A DNA stretch of 63,569 bases, counting the filler, from Globobulimina sp. (lineage: Eukaryota): the NCBI GenBank assembly GCA_003354225.1. It is 55 parts of 55 records of this genome, joined end to end, with 100 filler letters (N's around TTAATTAATTAA, not from the genome) between each part and the next. Parts side by side here need not be neighbours in the genome. Positions count along the whole stretch, not along the records: positions 1 to 1,059 come from PIVH01024599.1; positions 1,160 to 2,218 come from PIVH01024600.1; positions 2,319 to 3,377 come from PIVH01024601.1; positions 3,478 to 4,536 come from PIVH01024602.1; positions 4,637 to 5,695 come from PIVH01024603.1; positions 5,796 to 6,854 come from PIVH01024604.1; positions 6,955 to 8,013 come from PIVH01024605.1; positions 8,114 to 9,172 come from PIVH01024606.1; 47 more parts are not named here. One strand, given 5' to 3'. The position numbers were made by a program, and so were the translations under genes. The notes under the pieces were generated by a model that did no database searches, was not told the DNA's origin, and was given only the letters and a program-made list of their open reading frames with translations. Positions 1 through 11,488 of the stretch are shown here, piece after piece (the first letter of the stretch is position 1; every line of letters begins with the position of its first letter).

Positions 1-617
1 CATGACTACTAAGAAAATACAGATTAGGTCACTCACTCCACTAAGTCAATAGCTCAGTACATGTCGCGGATCAACTTTCAACTCGGATCCAATACAATAA
101 TTACACACTACTCATTGCTAGTTGTCACCATATGAATTAGTTTTAGACGTGGCAGCGCTTATCACAGTTTTCGCAATCTCCCAATTAGATTCTCATCGGA
201 GTGGATGGGCGTTTTTGTTATTCAGAAATTATTTGAAAAATACGCATTTTGGAACATCACTCATTTGGCTGGGTTTAGACCTATTGGATATTGTCAAGGG
301 TCTCTGGGATGACATTTATCTGTCGAGAAAAGTGGGTGTCACCGGGTTAAATTTTGAGAAACAGAGATATTTATATTCGGTTATGCAGCAAAAATTATTT
401 ACATAGGACTTGGTGATAAAACTGGCTGGATTTATTGTAAATATTTTGTGTGTTGTGCAAGGATGAATATTTAATCAAATATGGTGCGATGCAACAAATA
501 TTATGCAAATAAAATATCACACAACGCAATACCCAATGTTTATGTGGTATTGTATCATTATAAGTAGTTATATTGGGCCATTTGGATGCATTTATGTCAT
601 GTCAATGGTATCGGATT

Positions 618-1059
618 ATGTATACATTTTATAGATAAAATATGAAGATTGTATGAGTTGGAGTTGGTATATATGATCAGCTGCACATTAATCAGTGGGA
701 TGTGGTGAACATATAGAAGTTGGATGTGGTGGACATATAGGAGGCGCTGCAAACGAATAACTTGTTTAACTTTCTTGCAAGAAATAACTTGTTTGCAAGG
801 GTTTCTATCTAAACATTTCAAAACGAGCACATTTGCACATAAAGGCTGCATTTTTTTTAAACGATGTCTACAAGGACGGTTTGCTCAGCTATGAGGTGCA
901 CAATTATGTCAAGTTATTTCTTGCAAGAAAGTTAAACAAGTTATTCGTTTGCAGCTCCTCCTATATGTTCACCACATCCCACTGATTAATGTGCAGCTGA
1001 TCATATATACCAACTCCAACTCATACAATCTTCATATTTTATCTATAAAATGTATACAT
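618..1059. repeat. Long inverted repeat / foldback (arms 618-791 and 910-1059, 118-bp spacer)
   Basis: 910-1059 is the reverse complement of 618-791 apart from a 24-bp extra unit in the left arm and one substitution. Confidence 0.9.
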
Positions 1060-1159
1060 NNNNNNNNNNNNNNNNNNNNNNNNNNNNNNNNNNNNNNNNN
1101 NNNTTAATTAATTAANNNNNNNNNNNNNNNNNNNNNNNNNNNNNNNNNNNNNNNNNNNN
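1060..1159. other. Artificial contig linker (first of 54): N44-TTAATTAATTAA-N44
   Basis: Identical 100-bp spacer recurs every ~1158 bp; stops in all six frames; ORF-track tails XXX..LIN are artefacts of it. Confidence 0.99.
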
Positions 1160-2218
1160 TCATCATCCTTCTCATCCTCATCACACATCTCTGCACCATA
1201 AAATTGGTCTAATTTAGTGTCATCCTCAAAACAACACCGGCGCCATTTGTATGCATTACCCATCACCGGCGCCATTTGTGCATCATATGCATTAAATTCT
1301 TTTTTTTCTTCAAACACAACTTCATTTTGCTCGTCTTTTTCTTTTTCTTCATTTTGTTGTAATTTATGTTTAACCACAATCATTGAAGTCCATGGTGTCA
1401 CAAATTTGTATTTCAATGCCAATGCTAATGCAATTTGTTCACAATGTTCATCCTCATCATACTCAATCATATCATTGCTAATTAATTTATTTTCTGCAAA
1501 TTGTTTTAACTTTAAATACGCCCAAATGCGCTCAATATTATCTTTGTCGATATCTTTCTCCTTTTCATCATCCATTTCATTAAGCGATACTTTTATTTTT
1601 TTATTTATTTCAATCGGTTTAACCACCATCTTAACATTGCTTTGTTTTCCTGTCATCGCAGTTATATTGGCAGTCATTGTTAATATCTTATCATTCTTTA
1701 ATTGGCCACAAACAATAATATCATTTCCAGCATATAAGGTATTGAAGCAAGTTTTGGTCAAATCCATATCATCGATACCTTCATATTTAATATTAATATT
1801 TGATAAAACCGGTTTGGATAAAACATCAAAATACTCATTTAGCTGAGTCTCGCATTTTGATTCTTTGATTCGTTTATAAATTCCATCGTTATTTAAAGAC
1901 AATAATTTTAAAAATGAGTGGTTTAAATCTTGCGTCCACGAAGAATCATTTTTATCCGAACCAACACCAAAACAAAATATCGAGATTTTATTTAGTTTAT
2001 TTTCTTGCATCACATTTGAAATAATTGCATTTGTGTCCGTCACGCCGCTGTTTGGTTCGCCATCGGTTATTAACACCAACTGATTCAGAAAGAAATTATA
2101 TTCTTGCATCTCACTCATTAATTTGATGTCACTTTTAATTAAATCAATACCTTTTAACAGTGCCAAATTGATATCCGTGGAACCGCCCGTTTCTTGCTTT
2201 TGTACATAAGAGATAGAT
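1160..2218 (-). CDS. vWA-domain protein, inter-alpha-trypsin inhibitor heavy chain/VIT-like (partial)
   Basis: GGSTDINLAL, LVLITDGEPNSG, IFCFGVG, IERIWAYL, LALALKYKFVTPWTSMIVV motifs. Confidence 0.85.
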
Positions 2219-2703
2219 NNNNNNNNNNNNNNNNNNNNNNNNNNNNNNNNNNNNNNNNNNNNTTAATTAATTAANNNNNNNNNNNNNNNNNNNNNNNNNN
2301 NNNNNNNNNNNNNNNNNNTTATTTCCATCATACATATAGTTTCTGCAATTTTTTATATGCACAAATATACAGTTGTACATATTATAGTACAACAACAATT
2401 TAAATCGCAGAATGAAATATTACAACTTAATGATTTTCTGCAATATTACATAGTACAGCACAATCACGTGATCACAGTACACGGAAATATATAATATATT
2501 AAACAAAATGTGATCCTCACCAACAAGTATCACAACACTTTGCAGTCAGACATCCAACACAACACAACCAACGCGGAACATAAATTCGAAATGCGACAGC
2601 AAGCAAAGTTTTTTTAAAACAAAATGAAAAAACCTTCACTATCACACTATGAATTTCCACCCAGTTGACTGCACAAATTAGCTGCTCGAATAAATCATTT
2701 GCA

Positions 2704-3377
2704 ATGCGGATCTTATTATTAAGCACTTTGTTATGCGGTTACATATCAGCAACCTCCACCGGTTCAGCATCAGCATCCTCAGCATCCTCAGCATCCTCTA
2801 CCTCCTCATCCAAATCCATATCCTCCTCATCCGTAAAAAAAAAGAGCAACAGCAACAGCAACAACAACGTGGCTTGTAATTTAAACGAACCATGGTCATG
2901 CAAAGAATACCCATATTATGACTGTCATACTTGTATCAACAATGTATGTTTTTTCACTGAGTATGCATTCCTAAAATCAGGGGAATTTAATGAAAAAATG
3001 ACACATCACTGCCAATTATTGCCCTTTGACTGCAATTACTTCCATGAAACCAAAGAATGCCACACTCGCTTCTGTCCCACAAAAAGCTTATGTGCCTCAG
3101 ACGATAACTACGATTTGTGTCTATTTAAAGCCATTTTGTGCTATGACGCGTATTGCGAACCTGATCTATCTGCGTTGCCCTTCGATTATCGCTTATATGA
3201 TCTCTGTTGCAATATTCATGATATTGGTATGTTATTTACTCATTTTTTATATGTCACATCATATCAAATCATATTAAGATAAAGAGATGAATCTGTTCCA
3301 TACTCGTCTTGTTATCGTATTAGGAGCGGTAACATTGGTCATTTTTATTGTGACCTATCAAATTTACACTCAATTCA
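2704..3377 (+). CDS. Secreted Ser-rich then Cys-rich protein (partial; intron 3227-3278)
   Basis: Signal peptide MRILLLSTLLCGYISA, Ser tract, many Cys; GTATGT..AAG intron. Confidence 0.6.
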
Positions 3378-3477
3378 NNNNNNNNNNNNNNNNNNNNNNN
3401 NNNNNNNNNNNNNNNNNNNNNTTAATTAATTAANNNNNNNNNNNNNNNNNNNNNNNNNNNNNNNNNNNNNNNNNNNN

Positions 3478-3662
3478 TCGGGATATGAACGATAGTTTTT
3501 TTGGCGCTTTACGTCCCCGGACACATCCCCATATACATCAGTGGTCAAAAAGCATAGACCAATGAGCACCATTATACTATAGGACAGAACGAACCCAAAT
3601 GTGCTGATTTGTGGTGGAACTAAGATATCTGTGAATTGTTTTAAACTAAAGTTATATTTCAT
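3478..3662 (-). CDS. Hypothetical bacterial-type protein N-terminus with hydrophobic segment (partial)
   Basis: Starts 43 bp downstream of the co-oriented 3706 ORF and runs off the contig. Confidence 0.4.
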
Positions 3663-3705
3663 TGCATCCCCATGGTTTAGTTTTTCTACCCTTTATTAGC
3701 ATCTA

Positions 3706-4536
3706 TTATTCAATCGCCTCTTCATCAAAGATCGGATCAGAATCAGTATTGATGATAATTTCTTTGAGTTCGCGTATAAGGTCATCCACATTCAGATCTT
3801 CACGTATAACAGAATCTTTAATTTTAGCTTCCACAGGTTGGAGCGCATTAAAATTTATTGATCCTTTCGCAAGATTACCGGTCCAGGTACCATCCAACGG
3901 ATTGATGGATTCCAATGTCGTTTGTCCGCTTGCACATTTACCATAGCTGCCGGTAAATGATGTTCCATCATCTGAAAATTTTAATATAAAAGGGCCGCTC
4001 CAATTATCATTGGGGCCGCATTCTTTGGTGTCATCATCTTCCGACCACCAACCTTTCAGGGTTTTGTTTTCAAAAACCCCGGTTATTTTTCCACCCGCAT
4101 AATCATATCGACCGGATACGGTATTTCCCTTTTGAACAAAAAACATTCTATTAAAGTTGGAATCCCACTCGCTTGTTTCGGATACCGGTGCAAGGGGACC
4201 ATCCGTGTTGGAATGTGATGATTTTATTTGTATATACCCTTTTTTATCGCTTTTGATATTTTGACAAATTCGAGGATTATCCACTTGAACCGTATACTCT
4301 CCTGCAGGAAGTTGACTGTTCAATATCGTTTCGGCATTACACCATTGTGTTTGGTAAGGGTCACAATCACCGCGCTTAAAAACACCTTGTGCGACTTGTT
4401 GGTTGCCACGGTTGAAAATACTAAAAGGAACGTTATTTTCATTATTACGCCAATGATACCACACAAACAGTTTTCCGATAACTGTGGATTGGTTCAGTTT
4501 AAATTGCGACTGTCTCGTATAACCACAGGCGTCTTT
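3706..4536 (-). CDS. Bacterial-type extracellular beta-rich hypothetical protein (5' partial)
   Basis: Intronless, open to contig end; G/W/Y-rich beta-strand motifs (VSGRYDYAGGKITG, LKGWWSED, FSDDGTSFTGSYG). Confidence 0.6.
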   Translation of the reverse strand, partial: KDACGYTRQSQFKLNQSTVIGKLFVWYHWRNNENNVPFSIFNRGNQQVAQGVFKRGDCDPYQTQWCNAETILNSQLPAGEYTVQVDNPRICQNIKSDKKGYIQIKSSHSNTDGPLAPVSETSEWDSNFNRMFFVQKGNTVSGRYDYAGGKITGVFENKTLKGWWSEDDDTKECGPNDNWSGPFILKFSDDGTSFTGSYGKCASGQTTLESINPLDGTWTGNLAKGSINFNALQPVEAKIKDSVIREDLNVDDLIRELKEIIINTDSDPIFDEEAIE

Positions 4537-4636
4537 NNNNNNNNNNNNNNNNNNNNNNNNNNNNNNNNNNNNNNNNNNNNTTAATTAATTAANNNNNNNN
4601 NNNNNNNNNNNNNNNNNNNNNNNNNNNNNNNNNNNN

Positions 4637-5067
4637 AGGCGCCAACTGCAGTGACTGACATGGATGTGAATGGAGATAGTGATGATTTTACAGGAAATGT
4701 AATGAGTGGCAATGCAGAGAGTTTATGGTGGATCTGGGTAGTGGTTATATTGGTGTTTGTGGTGACTGTTTGTGTTTGTTTTGCGTGTTATGAATATCGC
4801 GAATTTCAAAAAGCGAAATGGATCAATTCTCCTTCATCTTCGGCAGTGTCGTCCAGATCTCCTAATTCGTGCGCATCAAATTTCAGTGTTGGTATTGATG
4901 GGAATATGTGTCAACAAGCCTGTGATGCGAAAGAAACGGAGTTGCAAATTGAAAAATGGGCGAATGAGGCGCCGCGGCATTTGGGCCATCACAGTATAAA
5001 GTCGACTGTGACGAATATTAATAATATTACCATCATGTACAGTGATGACGGACCTGGCACCAAATAA
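4637..5067 (+). CDS. Single-pass membrane protein C-terminus (partial)
   Basis: TM segment WWIWVVVILVFVVTVCVCFACY, Ser-rich tail, T-rich 3' region follows. Confidence 0.55.
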
Positions 5068-5795
5068 CAAAAATGACTTAATTACAGTGCTATACATTGT
5101 GGCTGCGTTATACTGAATAATATACACTGGATATGTTATTTTGTTTTTCTTTGTTTTTCTTTTCCAGTGAGTTAATGTGAACCTTTGTTTTTGCTTTTCT
5201 TTTTCAAATGTTTTGTGTTGTCGAAAGTATGCTTAATTGTTTCTATATATATATTTATACTAAATATCCATATATCTTTCATAATTTTATTTCCTCCTTC
5301 AGTTTTGTTGTTAATTTTATTTGCTTTTGATTAAAAACGTTGGATAAATCCGATAATTTAAATGTAATGGGTATCAAAAATATTAGCTTTTTTTGACAGT
5401 TTTTGTGTTGTGATCAATACATTTAAATATCAGATTTATCCGATAAATATTAAAGCTGTTTTTAATCTTTGTTTTGTTTTGTTTTTCTGTTGTTTTATCT
5501 CTACTGTTACACGTAACGTTTTGCATAAATAAGTTGATTCTTGATATCTCTCTAAACCCTATATCCTATTGGATAACCTCTGGATTTGCAAAGACAAAGT
5601 TATAACAAACAGTTTCTGGTATAATTGAATAAAATGTATACAACTTCTCGACCCTGGGTTATTTACTGAAAGAACGCAATGAAGTACACGAAAAANNNNN
5701 NNNNNNNNNNNNNNNNNNNNNNNNNNNNNNNNNNNNNNNTTAATTAATTAANNNNNNNNNNNNNNNNNNNNNNNNNNNNNNNNNNNNNNNNNNNN

Positions 5796-6854
5796 TATGT
5801 TTCTCGAAAACATAAGGTATTGAGATCAAAGTGTTTAATATTCCGCAAACACCATGTGCTGCGCCAAAATATTGTGAGTTATGCCATTCCCACATTAATG
5901 GAATATTATTTGTGCATAAAAAATTATTTTTTGATATATTATTGGCGATTAACACATATTTTCTCCCTTCTTCAATTACAGAATCACAAATTGTTTGAAC
6001 TTGATCACATTCCAACAAATTATAATTCATATTTCCTTTGGCAATAAAATGATTAACAAATAAATACGTCGAGATGTAGCCCATTCTGCCATATAATAAT
6101 TCCATGGCATCCAATTTTAAAACTTCATTTTTTAAATCTTTTAATTTCGCAATATATTTATTCATTTTTTTACTATTTTTCATGTAATAATAATATATTA
6201 TTCGTATCCCATAACAACCACTTATACCTTCTAAAAATGAGTATCTTTGTTTTTGTCGAGATTCAAAGTCATTCAATGCGTTATTGTTATATTTTAAAAT
6301 GATTTTTAATAAATAATCTCGTAATTCATTCTTCTTTTTTACATTGCATATCGTACATAATGTGTTAAGAAATGTGTTCCATTTTGATATTTCGTATTGC
6401 GATTTACAATGACTGTGATTATTTATATTTATATCAGCTCCTTTCATGTCAGTGTCATTATCATTGTTATTGTCATCATATTCATCCATTATTTGAATGA
6501 CGCGGAAAAACAAAATACAAAAGCCACTGATTCCGGTGTAAACCGAGCCGCTGTATTCATAATTTCCCAGTATCTGGATTATATTCTTTTAATAAGTAGC
6601 GAATGAACGATAAAATGTAATCAATGAACTCTTCATCGATATTAGCCGATAATGCGGAGATTACAGTATGTGTATTGCCATCACATCCTTATAAGTTATA
6701 ATTATGTATAAATTCATTTTCATGTCAAGGTAAAATGAGTATAGTTATTCATGTACTTTTTATCATTTCTGCTTTTTCTGCTTTTATTTGACTCCAACTT
6801 TTGAACCGATTTTCAAAATATCGTTGGTCTGTGGATATTTTATACCCAAATGTT
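5796..6854 (-). CDS. LANCL: LanC-like protein (LANCL/GCR2 family), partial, apparent 1-nt frameshift near 6564
   Basis: RYFEN, SVYTGISG, ELLYGRMGY, PLMWEWHNSQYFGAAHGVCGIL motifs. Confidence 0.85.
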
Positions 6855-6955
6855 NNNNNNNNNNNNNNNNNNNNNNNNNNNNNNNNNNNNNNNNNNNNTT
6901 AATTAATTAANNNNNNNNNNNNNNNNNNNNNNNNNNNNNNNNNNNNNNNNNNNNT

Positions 6956-7051
6956 CCTATAGGCTTAAATGGGTTGTCGGCTCCATTTATAGGATTCTCT
7001 GTTGATAGGTTTATTCATAATTTACACAAACGATTAACAAAGAAAAAATAA
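6956..7051 (+). CDS. C-terminus of upstream phage-type small protein (possible holin)
   Basis: Open frame ending in basic tail KRLTKKK; TAATG overlap with next start. Confidence 0.4.
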   Translation, partial: PIGLNGLSAPFIGFSVDRFIHNLHKRLTKKK

Positions 7052-7389
7052 TGGCCAAGCCTCAATATATAACTTCGCTTGAAAAGGAAGTTGACGATAT
7101 AAAAACCTCTTTAGCCCTCAACGAAAAATCCCACGACAAACTCTTCGATAAGCTTAACGCAATTCATGTATGTCTTGCGGGTACAGATTACGACCAAGAC
7201 GATGGCAATGGGAAAGGGGGTGGGGTGGTGCGGCGTTTAGGCCGTGTCGAAAAAAAAGTTACCTCTCTCCAAGTTTGGCGTACTAAAACGATCACTAAGA
7301 CGAATTTGGTTTGGCTTGTGGTGGGAGGCGCATTGACGGCTGTATGGTCAGTGATAATTGCAAATTGGTCTAACATATTCAAAGGATGA
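7051..7389 (+). CDS. Phage-type coiled-coil protein with C-terminal TM helix (holin/XhlA-like)
   Basis: C-terminal LVWLVVGGALTAVWSVIIA; ATGA overlap with amidase. Confidence 0.55.
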   Translation: MAKPQYITSLEKEVDDIKTSLALNEKSHDKLFDKLNAIHVCLAGTDYDQDDGNGKGGGVVRRLGRVEKKVTSLQVWRTKTITKTNLVWLVVGGALTAVWSVIIANWSNIFKG

Positions 7390-8009
7390 AAATTATAATC
7401 GACAACGGACATGGTGACGACACCAAAGGAAAGCGCTCACCAAATTGGCACAATGGTATTCAGCTTTTCGAGTGGGAGTTTAACCGGGATATAGCTGTCG
7501 AATTATATGACCTATTGCGGGCCGAAGGAATTGCGACCACATTGCTTGTTCACGAAAACAACGACATACCAATCAAGGAGCGTGTCAGGCGGGCCAATGA
7601 GATTCACAAGGCCGAAGATTCAGTTCTTGTGTCGATCCATGGGAATGCTGCACCAAAGTTGAGCGCCGGACCGCACGGGATCGAAACTTTCTACTATAGT
7701 CTGACCGGGAAGGTCTTGGCTTTGAAGCTGCAAAAAGAGCTTATTGCGGCGCTTGGATGGAAGGACCGGAGAGTAAGAAAGGCGTACCGGAAAGTCAAAA
7801 CGAACGTGGGCACAGATCAGGAAAAATTCATCACTACGTATAAAATTGCTATCCTGAAATACACTGATATGCCAGCGGTTTTGACAGAGAGCGGTTTTTA
7901 TACTAATTTTGATCAGTGCCAAGAAATGATGAAAGAAGAAATCAGGAATAAAATTGCACAGGCACACGCCGACGGAATTGTAAAATACTTGTCTAACTTA
8001 AATTCTTAA
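7386..8009 (+). CDS. N-acetylmuramoyl-L-alanine amidase (Amidase_3), probable endolysin
   Basis: IIIDNGHG, EWEFNRDIA, ERVRRAN, VSIHGNA, MPAVLTESGF zinc-amidase motifs; upstream AAGGA Shine-Dalgarno. Confidence 0.93.
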   Translation: MKIIIDNGHGDDTKGKRSPNWHNGIQLFEWEFNRDIAVELYDLLRAEGIATTLLVHENNDIPIKERVRRANEIHKAEDSVLVSIHGNAAPKLSAGPHGIETFYYSLTGKVLALKLQKELIAALGWKDRRVRKAYRKVKTNVGTDQEKFITTYKIAILKYTDMPAVLTESGFYTNFDQCQEMMKEEIRNKIAQAHADGIVKYLSNLNS

Positions 8010-8113
8010 TCATNNNNNNNNNNNNNNNNNNNNNNNNNNNNNNNNNNNNNNNNNNNNTTAATTAATTAANNNNNNNNNNNNNNNNNNNNNNNNNNNNNNN
8101 NNNNNNNNNNNNN

Positions 8114-9172
8114 TGCAGTATAAACATTATGTTTTAAAGGTTCGTCTCTTTTATCGTTTCCATATATGGTAATAGATAACCCTTAGCTTGCTCGATAGCG
8201 ACCCATCAGTCAGGTGCGGTTCGGATGTACGTTTTCCATATTATCTACGCTACCACATGCATTCTTATTGTGTTTAAAGGCTTAAATTGTCACTACCCTG
8301 TTCGGGATACGTGCGCCTTTATTCTTATTATATTTACATCATAAACACAAGTACACGGATCGACGACTTTGATGTTACAAATTGGTGACAGCGGTCCTGA
8401 CTTTTGTGTAGCTATCTTGAGAGCGAAAGGGCAATCCCTTCCAGTACAGGAGGCGGACTGTGGCGTTTTACAAGCAAAAAGGCGACGGTACGTATTATAA
8501 TGTCACATGTATGTACAAAAGCACTATTTGAATTGGGAAATTTTTTACATGTTTATGTTAATAATGTTTGGAATTTGGTCAAGGACAGAGTACAGGAGAC
8601 CCCTGTCACTCGACAACATGATGCAGTCTTGTCTAAGGACACAGACACCAAGCAAGTCACACACAAGTTTTTCCAGAGTCCTTTTTCAGATATCCCAGGT
8701 AACGATAGTGACGTAAGCAAAACAACAGGTGTTCAAACTATCCACGATGAGCTGGCGTCGCTACGTAGAAAGATAGAAGGTTTAGATAAGTCCATTCAAG
8801 CCTATGAAAAAGTGACCACTTTTTATGACAACACCATTGATAATCATGTACGTACATCTAGTCACGTACATACAATGGACAATCATATAACCACATTTGA
8901 CAATAATAATCATATTTGTAAATACTGTGTATTGAATAAACATGTATGTATATGTGCATTTAAAACTGGTATTCAAAGTGTACCGATAATGGAACCCAAT
9001 TATCCCAAATTGCGGTTTTCTGCCCCTGACCCGAGTGAAGTGTCAGGTTGTAAAGTTAGTTCAATGGGTGAAGTGGCTTTCGAAGATGGGATAATTACAT
9101 CTTTCGCGCTGAGACAATCAAGGAGACAAGCGATTATTCGTACAGGAAACAATAGAATATCGAGAAAAGAGA
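8114..9172 (+). mobile_element. Ty3/Gypsy-like LTR retrotransposon 5' region: LTR end (TTACA, 8379), PBS, gag-like ORF
   Basis: TTACA-AAT-TGGTGACAGCGGT followed by an intronless ORF (8404/8500-9172) with a coiled coil. Confidence 0.6.
8383..8395 (+). promoter_or_regulatory. Primer-binding site TGGTGACAGCGGT (tRNA-Leu-like 3' end)
   Basis: Begins TGG 3 nt after a CA terminus; complementary to ...ACCGCTGTCACCA. Confidence 0.6.
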
Positions 9173-10455
9173 NNNNNNNNNNNNNNNNNNNNNNNNNNNN
9201 NNNNNNNNNNNNNNNNTTAATTAATTAANNNNNNNNNNNNNNNNNNNNNNNNNNNNNNNNNNNNNNNNNNNNGCCGTAATTAATAGAATCTGAATTTAAA
9301 ATGAATCCATGTTGAAATGACGCTAATTTAGTAGATCAAAATCGACCTTTGAGGTTTGAAGGATGCCATGAAGACAGCATAAAATATATGAAAAACATAA
9401 CATGAACAACATGTTACACGTGTATTTGTATGATGATATGGTTGATAAAATGTGTGTTGTTTCAGTGCGTTTAATATTCATCAGGATGACGTATCCAATG
9501 AATATTTTCAATTAATTATTTGAATGACGATTCCAATAAAATGCACATTTACCAAATGTTAATGAAGTTTCCAAACATTTACGATATCAACTCTTTCGAT
9601 CCTAATAACAATTCCACAAATTTAATGCAATTAAACCAATACTTTCCCTGTAGTGTACTTTCTAATATCTGAAATTCTGAACTAAAGTATTTCCCTTTGA
9701 CACCGCTTTCCCTTTGCGATCAACATATGCAAAGTTTAGATATGTCTATAGCATATCCCATAAATCAATCGATGGTATCAGGAAGCAGTATTTATTTGTG
9801 TTTAATATTAACAAACTCTATTAATAACAAAGCGTCATAATAATAATAATAACAAACTCTATTAATGATTGTGTGACAAACTCTAGTAATGATCCATATT
9901 TTGCATGGTATCTTTGTATGTTATTTGAAATTTGGGTATACACAAAAGGCCATGTATTCTAACTACAATAAATGGAAGGATACATAGTGCAAAAAAGATG
10001 AAATTGTGGAATCTTGATTATATTTTCCATCTTTTTTCAACTTTTTTTGCAGAAACGCACGCTCAAAGATGGGATATCAGCTCAAATCTTTCGCTATAAG
10101 CAATTCTGAGCGCTATTCTCCAAATGCTTTGAGCACAACAATTCTGACCCATGCATCTGAGCGCAGTATAAAACCTATTCACAGTATCACCATTTAATAG
10201 AGTTTTCCTATTTGACCTTGATTTTGCTCATGATCAACTTTTTTTAATCATTTGCGAATTGTTAGACAAAAAGCTTAAGTAAATGTTCGTCTCATCTTAT
10301 CGTATCGATTAGAAACTGTAAATAAAGATCNNNNNNNNNNNNNNNNNNNNNNNNNNNNNNNNNNNNNNNNNNNNTTAATTAATTAANNNNNNNNNNNNNN
10401 NNNNNNNNNNNNNNNNNNNNNNNNNNNNNNATAAATAATAAAAGTTGTATACAAG

Positions 10456-11488
10456 TTACCAATAAGTATTTCTATGGATCCACTGTTTTGGATATCTTCT
10501 GCACCATCCTTTCCTTATCTCGTCATACATATAAATGGCGATACAAAACGGCACCGCAGCGGTCCAATCAATAAATCGAAGCGGCCGCGTCGACAAAACA
10601 ATATTTGCCGCCGGAATATAAATCAACACCGCACCCAATATCGTCTCAAAAAACAACGAATAATTCATAAACGTATTGGTCATTCCTTGCTCAAACAACG
10701 ACCGAATCCGCGTCTTACAAATCATCAAATCCGCCCATTGCACAATAATAATCGATATAAAATACGCACTATTCGACCGATACAGCGCTTCCGTCCGTGT
10801 CCGTAAATCGATCGGATACGTAAAAAACGGATATTCCTCCCCTTCATTCTCGCCTTGCGGATACACCGTATACGTTCGTGGTTTATCACCATAATCCTCA
10901 CGATTGCAATTCTGTACATTTTGGTTACTTTCCTCCGTATATTGGCTCAAATAATCGCCCTCGGTAAAGCACCGCCGATTTTTCTGCAGCGTCGATTTCC
11001 ACACTTCCTCAGTCCACACATCACGGACCGTGCCCCAATAAAACGCAATCCACTCCGCATTGGTCAAAGGTGTGCATTGATCGTTTAATCCCAAACAACA
11101 TCCAATCAATACAATGCAATCCGGATTGGTTGAATCATCAAACTGGATCGTCCCAAATCGATCAAGTAAATAATTCTTGGCATCCTGCACAAAGTCCTCA
11201 CCATTATTAAGCCAGTCATCCCATTGCCCCTCGCCATAAAAGGGTGCATTGGTGGCACCATTCAAGGAGCCGAAATTAGGGAAATACTGGCAATCATAAT
11301 CCACCATATCCTGGTTCCAACAGTACAGCCAATACGCATCGCGAGTGTCTGCGTTGCGGCCGGGGTCATAATCGAATATGAAATACAAATCTAAGCCAAT
11401 TAATTGGTTGGGCTGAATACCAAAGGAATGCAGCACTGTACAATAGGCATAAAAGCCAGAAATGGCTTGAAACATTCCGATTTGCAGA
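10456..11488 (-). CDS. ATP1A: P-type IIC ATPase (Na+/K+-ATPase alpha-like), M7-M10 C-terminus (5' partial)
   Basis: QIGMFQAISGF, AYFISIIIVQWADLMICKTR, SLFEQGM, YDEIRK, C-terminal WIHRNTYW. Confidence 0.93.

Noticed and set aside
1217-1846. Long antisense ORFs (also 23483-23914, 51210-51659, 37699-38019 and others)
   Set aside because: Shadows of real genes on the opposite strand with biased, low-complexity translations
5796-6854. Lanthipeptide biosynthetic cluster
   Set aside because: Sequence is eukaryotic LANCL type; no precursor or dehydratase in the contig
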